Shown here: positions 61,801 through 64,000 of the stretch, piece by piece
Layout: every line of letters begins with the position of its first letter
How positions within the stretch are numbered: the first letter of the stretch is position 1
From: Podarcis bocagei
Taxonomy: Eukaryota
Reading direction: 5' to 3' (one strand)
Assembly (NCBI GenBank): GCA_964188305.1
Contig: OZ076889.1
DNA length: 64,000 nucleotides
The notes under the pieces: model-generated
What the model saw: the letters and a program-made list of their open reading frames with translations, nothing else
The model's database searches: none
Told to the model about the DNA's origin: nothing
Position numbers and translations under genes: made by a program

Positions 61801-62119
61801 CCCATATGTTACTGGAAGGTGCCCCAGTTGGCATTGGTGGCAGTGGTCTGGGCCTTGATTTAGGCGTGGCAGCCACAATCCTCACAGGACCCAAGTACTC
61901 TACGTAAGTGCCTGGGAAATCTCCCCATTCCTTGGTACGTTCATTGAAGCCATTAAGCCAGCCTTGGGGGTTTCTCTCATCCCCTTCCTTATAGTCCACA
62001 CAGGCATGCCCTGCCCTGCTGACGGTGAGCAGGTCTCCGGGGCTGAGAGACAGGTCTTCCTCCCGATCCTTCTTATATTCATAAAGAGCACAGTACTGCA
62101 ATCCATCGACTGAGGCCAT
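61801..62119 (-). CDS. PIK3R3: PI3K p85-type regulatory subunit, first coding exon: SH3 domain plus proline-rich motif (most likely long-form PIK3R3)
   Basis: Translation MASVDGLQYCALYEYKKDREEDLSLSPGDLLTV...GWLNGFNERTKEWGDFPGTYVEYLGP...PKSRPRPLPP matches the p85 SH3 signature (ALYxY..EEDI/L, GWLNG, GDFPGTYVEY) and the RPLP motif. Kozak GCCATGG. Donor TGGG|GTGAGT at 61801/61800; 319 nt, phase 1. p85 family is near certain; PIK3R3 rather than R1/R2 is inferred from divergence from both and the shorter loop before GW. Confidence 0.85.
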
Positions 62120-62540
62120 GGCTAGAAAGCTGGGAGGCTCCCGAGTTACATCAAAAAGTTGACAGTCGTGTGCATCCTCACAGGCATTGGGAGAAGATGG
62201 AAGGAGGTAACTAGGGATAGAGAACTGCAGTTGCCTGGGTTTTTAAAAGCAAAAACTTGTAGCCCTTCCACTGGCTCCCCCTGGTTTCAACTCCCTGAGC
62301 ACAACTCCTTGTTTCACAAAGGAATGATGTCAGAAGCAAGCAAACCCTGAGGGCTCAACCGTCTGCAAAACTCAGGCCATCAATCTGTGGTCATCTTTAC
62401 AAGTACCGCCAGTTCCCAGCTGAACAACTTAATGAGGCAGAGAACCAAAAAACAACAACCGGCAGGTCTCCTCTCTCTGTTCAGGCAGTTGCAGATTCCA
62501 AGTCTGGTATCAACAGCAGATTCCTTGGCAGCGCCTTCTG
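62120..62540 (-). other. PIK3R3: 5'UTR part of the SH3 exon (~421 nt) with tandem CAGCAG acceptor
   Basis: Minus-strand acceptor gtcactgtcttactcttacag|cag at 62541/62540. A long UTR on the same exon as the SH3 start parallels PIK3R1 exon 2. Confidence 0.6.
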
Positions 62541-63039
62541 CTGTAAGAGTAAGACAGTGACATTAATGATTTCATAAAGACACTGAGTTGCCAGCTTTTC
62601 AGTCAGTCTCTGTAGCTGTGCCTTTTAAGGATGGCTTTATGAGGATCTCCCGAAAATGATTTTTTCTCCACACCAGGCTGTGAAAAGCCAGATGAAGCTG
62701 CTGTTAAAGGCACATGAGAAGGATGGTCCCGTCTCTTATACCTGTTTCTGGCCAGCTGGTAACCTTGTAAGGGTGCAAATGCATTTTCCCACCTCTGACC
62801 CAACCCCAAAAAGCTCAGCGTGCTTGAGAGAAGAACCTACAATCACCGGAGAGCAAGCAGAGAAGGTCTTTCAAAATAAACCCCAGAAAGAAGCTCCCCC
62901 ACCCCAACCAACACCTCCACAGGTTTATTGGACCACAGCCCAAACAAGGGTCCCATAGAACAAACTCAAATGGTAACATCTCGCTGCATTTTGAAGAAGC
63001 GTTTTAACTGGGAGGCTAGAAAAAAACCAAATCTATCCT

Positions 63040-64000
63040 GCGCAAATGAGGCGACTACGCGGAGCATGCAAACCTCAGTCCAGGGACTCATTCAACGAAA
63101 GTTTCCACCCTCCCCGCACATCCCTCCAAAATCGCCTGAGCGCAGCCTGTTTAAGCAACAGAAAAGAGCAAGATGCGGCGCACGCGCAGGGGGGTGCATT
63201 TCAAAGCATACTCTTCTACCCATCCACTTACAGGCAACTCTGCACTAAAGCCTCTGGGAACCGGAACCCCTCTAGTTCCATGCGTGTCACCTGTTACAAC
63301 TTGGCCCGCTGCCGCAACCTGGAGGGAAGGGCAGAGGGGACAAAAAGCAGGCGCGCTTCCCGACCGCGTCCCGCGCCCGGCGTCCAGCCCACAATCTCTG
63401 GATGTCCCCAGCAAAAGGCAGCGGGGGAGCGGGAGGGGGAAGAAGGGTGGGGCCCAAAGTTGCCGGCGGGCAGCTCCTCTCTCCGCCCCCGCCCCCCCCG
63501 TTTCTATGCATAGTAATTCCGAGGCAGTTGTATCAACCGGACGCTGTGCATCACCACCGCCATCCTCTGCCTGCCTGAAAACAATTTTACACCCCTGCAC
63601 TGCTGAGCAGGATTTATTTGGTGATGTCAGCGGACACACCTCTCGGTTGCCTGAAATGTAGAGAGCCCAGGCAGCTCTGCAGTGGGGGGGGGGGAGAAGG
63701 GAGGAAGGAAAGAAAATGGGAGTAAGGAAAAAGGAGGTTTGTGTGGTGACATGAAGTCTCAAGCTGGGAAAGAGAATGGGAGAAAAGGGAAGGAAGGACG
63801 GACGTGCATCGGACAGACGTTTTAATTCGCTGCCCCGCCAGTGTCGGCTGGGCGAGCGCAAGGGGATAGATACGAAGTGGACGTGGGGAGCGAATCGTCC
63901 GCATCCCGTGGAACAAAAGTGCTTTGCTCAGCGGCGCGGAAGAGGGCGCTCTAGGGGCAGGAAGCCACGCGGCAATGGGGGTTATTCTAGGCAGCCCGTG
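63040..64000. promoter_or_regulatory. CpG island: probable promoter and non-coding first exon of the p85-type gene
   Basis: Sharp rise in CpG and GC over the CpG-poor background. GC boxes (CCGCCCCCGCCCC ~63483-63495). Candidate minus-strand donor CCT|GTAAGT at 63232/63231, ~0.7 kb upstream of the SH3-exon acceptor. Confidence 0.7.

Noticed and set aside
63046-63916. Long ORFs (up to 236 aa) in the CpG island
   Set aside because: Open in several frames on both strands because of GC content; no protein homology recognised.

Overview
Vertebrate genomic DNA, almost certainly a squamate and probably a lacertid lizard, judged from Sauria-type and Squam3-type SINEs, CR1 LINEs and lizard-type MITEs. 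The window holds the 5' half of one minus-strand gene for a class IA PI3K regulatory subunit with full p85 architecture. It has a CpG-island promoter (~63.0-64.0 kb), an exon with a long 5'UTR plus the SH3 domain and proline-rich motif (CDS 62119-61801), and three BH/RhoGAP exons (44491-44396, 43891-43814, 380-249). All four coding exons splice in phase 1 into one open frame of 208 codons, and the gene continues left of position 1. The sequence differs from both PIK3R1 and PIK3R2 and fits best a long, SH3/BH-containing PIK3R3 of non-mammalian vertebrates (moderate confidence). The rest is intron (17.3 kb, 0.5 kb and 43.4 kb) rich in transposon remnants. The most interesting unexplained structures are: (i) a 541-bp hAT element with a perfect 8-bp TSD that carries a CpG-rich, first-exon-like polyQ/polyP cargo (Pack-TIR-like capture); (ii) a tandem-duplicated TATA promoter plus non-coding first exon inside the 43-kb intron; (iii) a separate RFX-box/TATA promoter candidate in the same intron; and (iv) uORFs in the 5'UTR. 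Repeat family names are from recognition, not database searches, and boundaries of old repeats are approximate.
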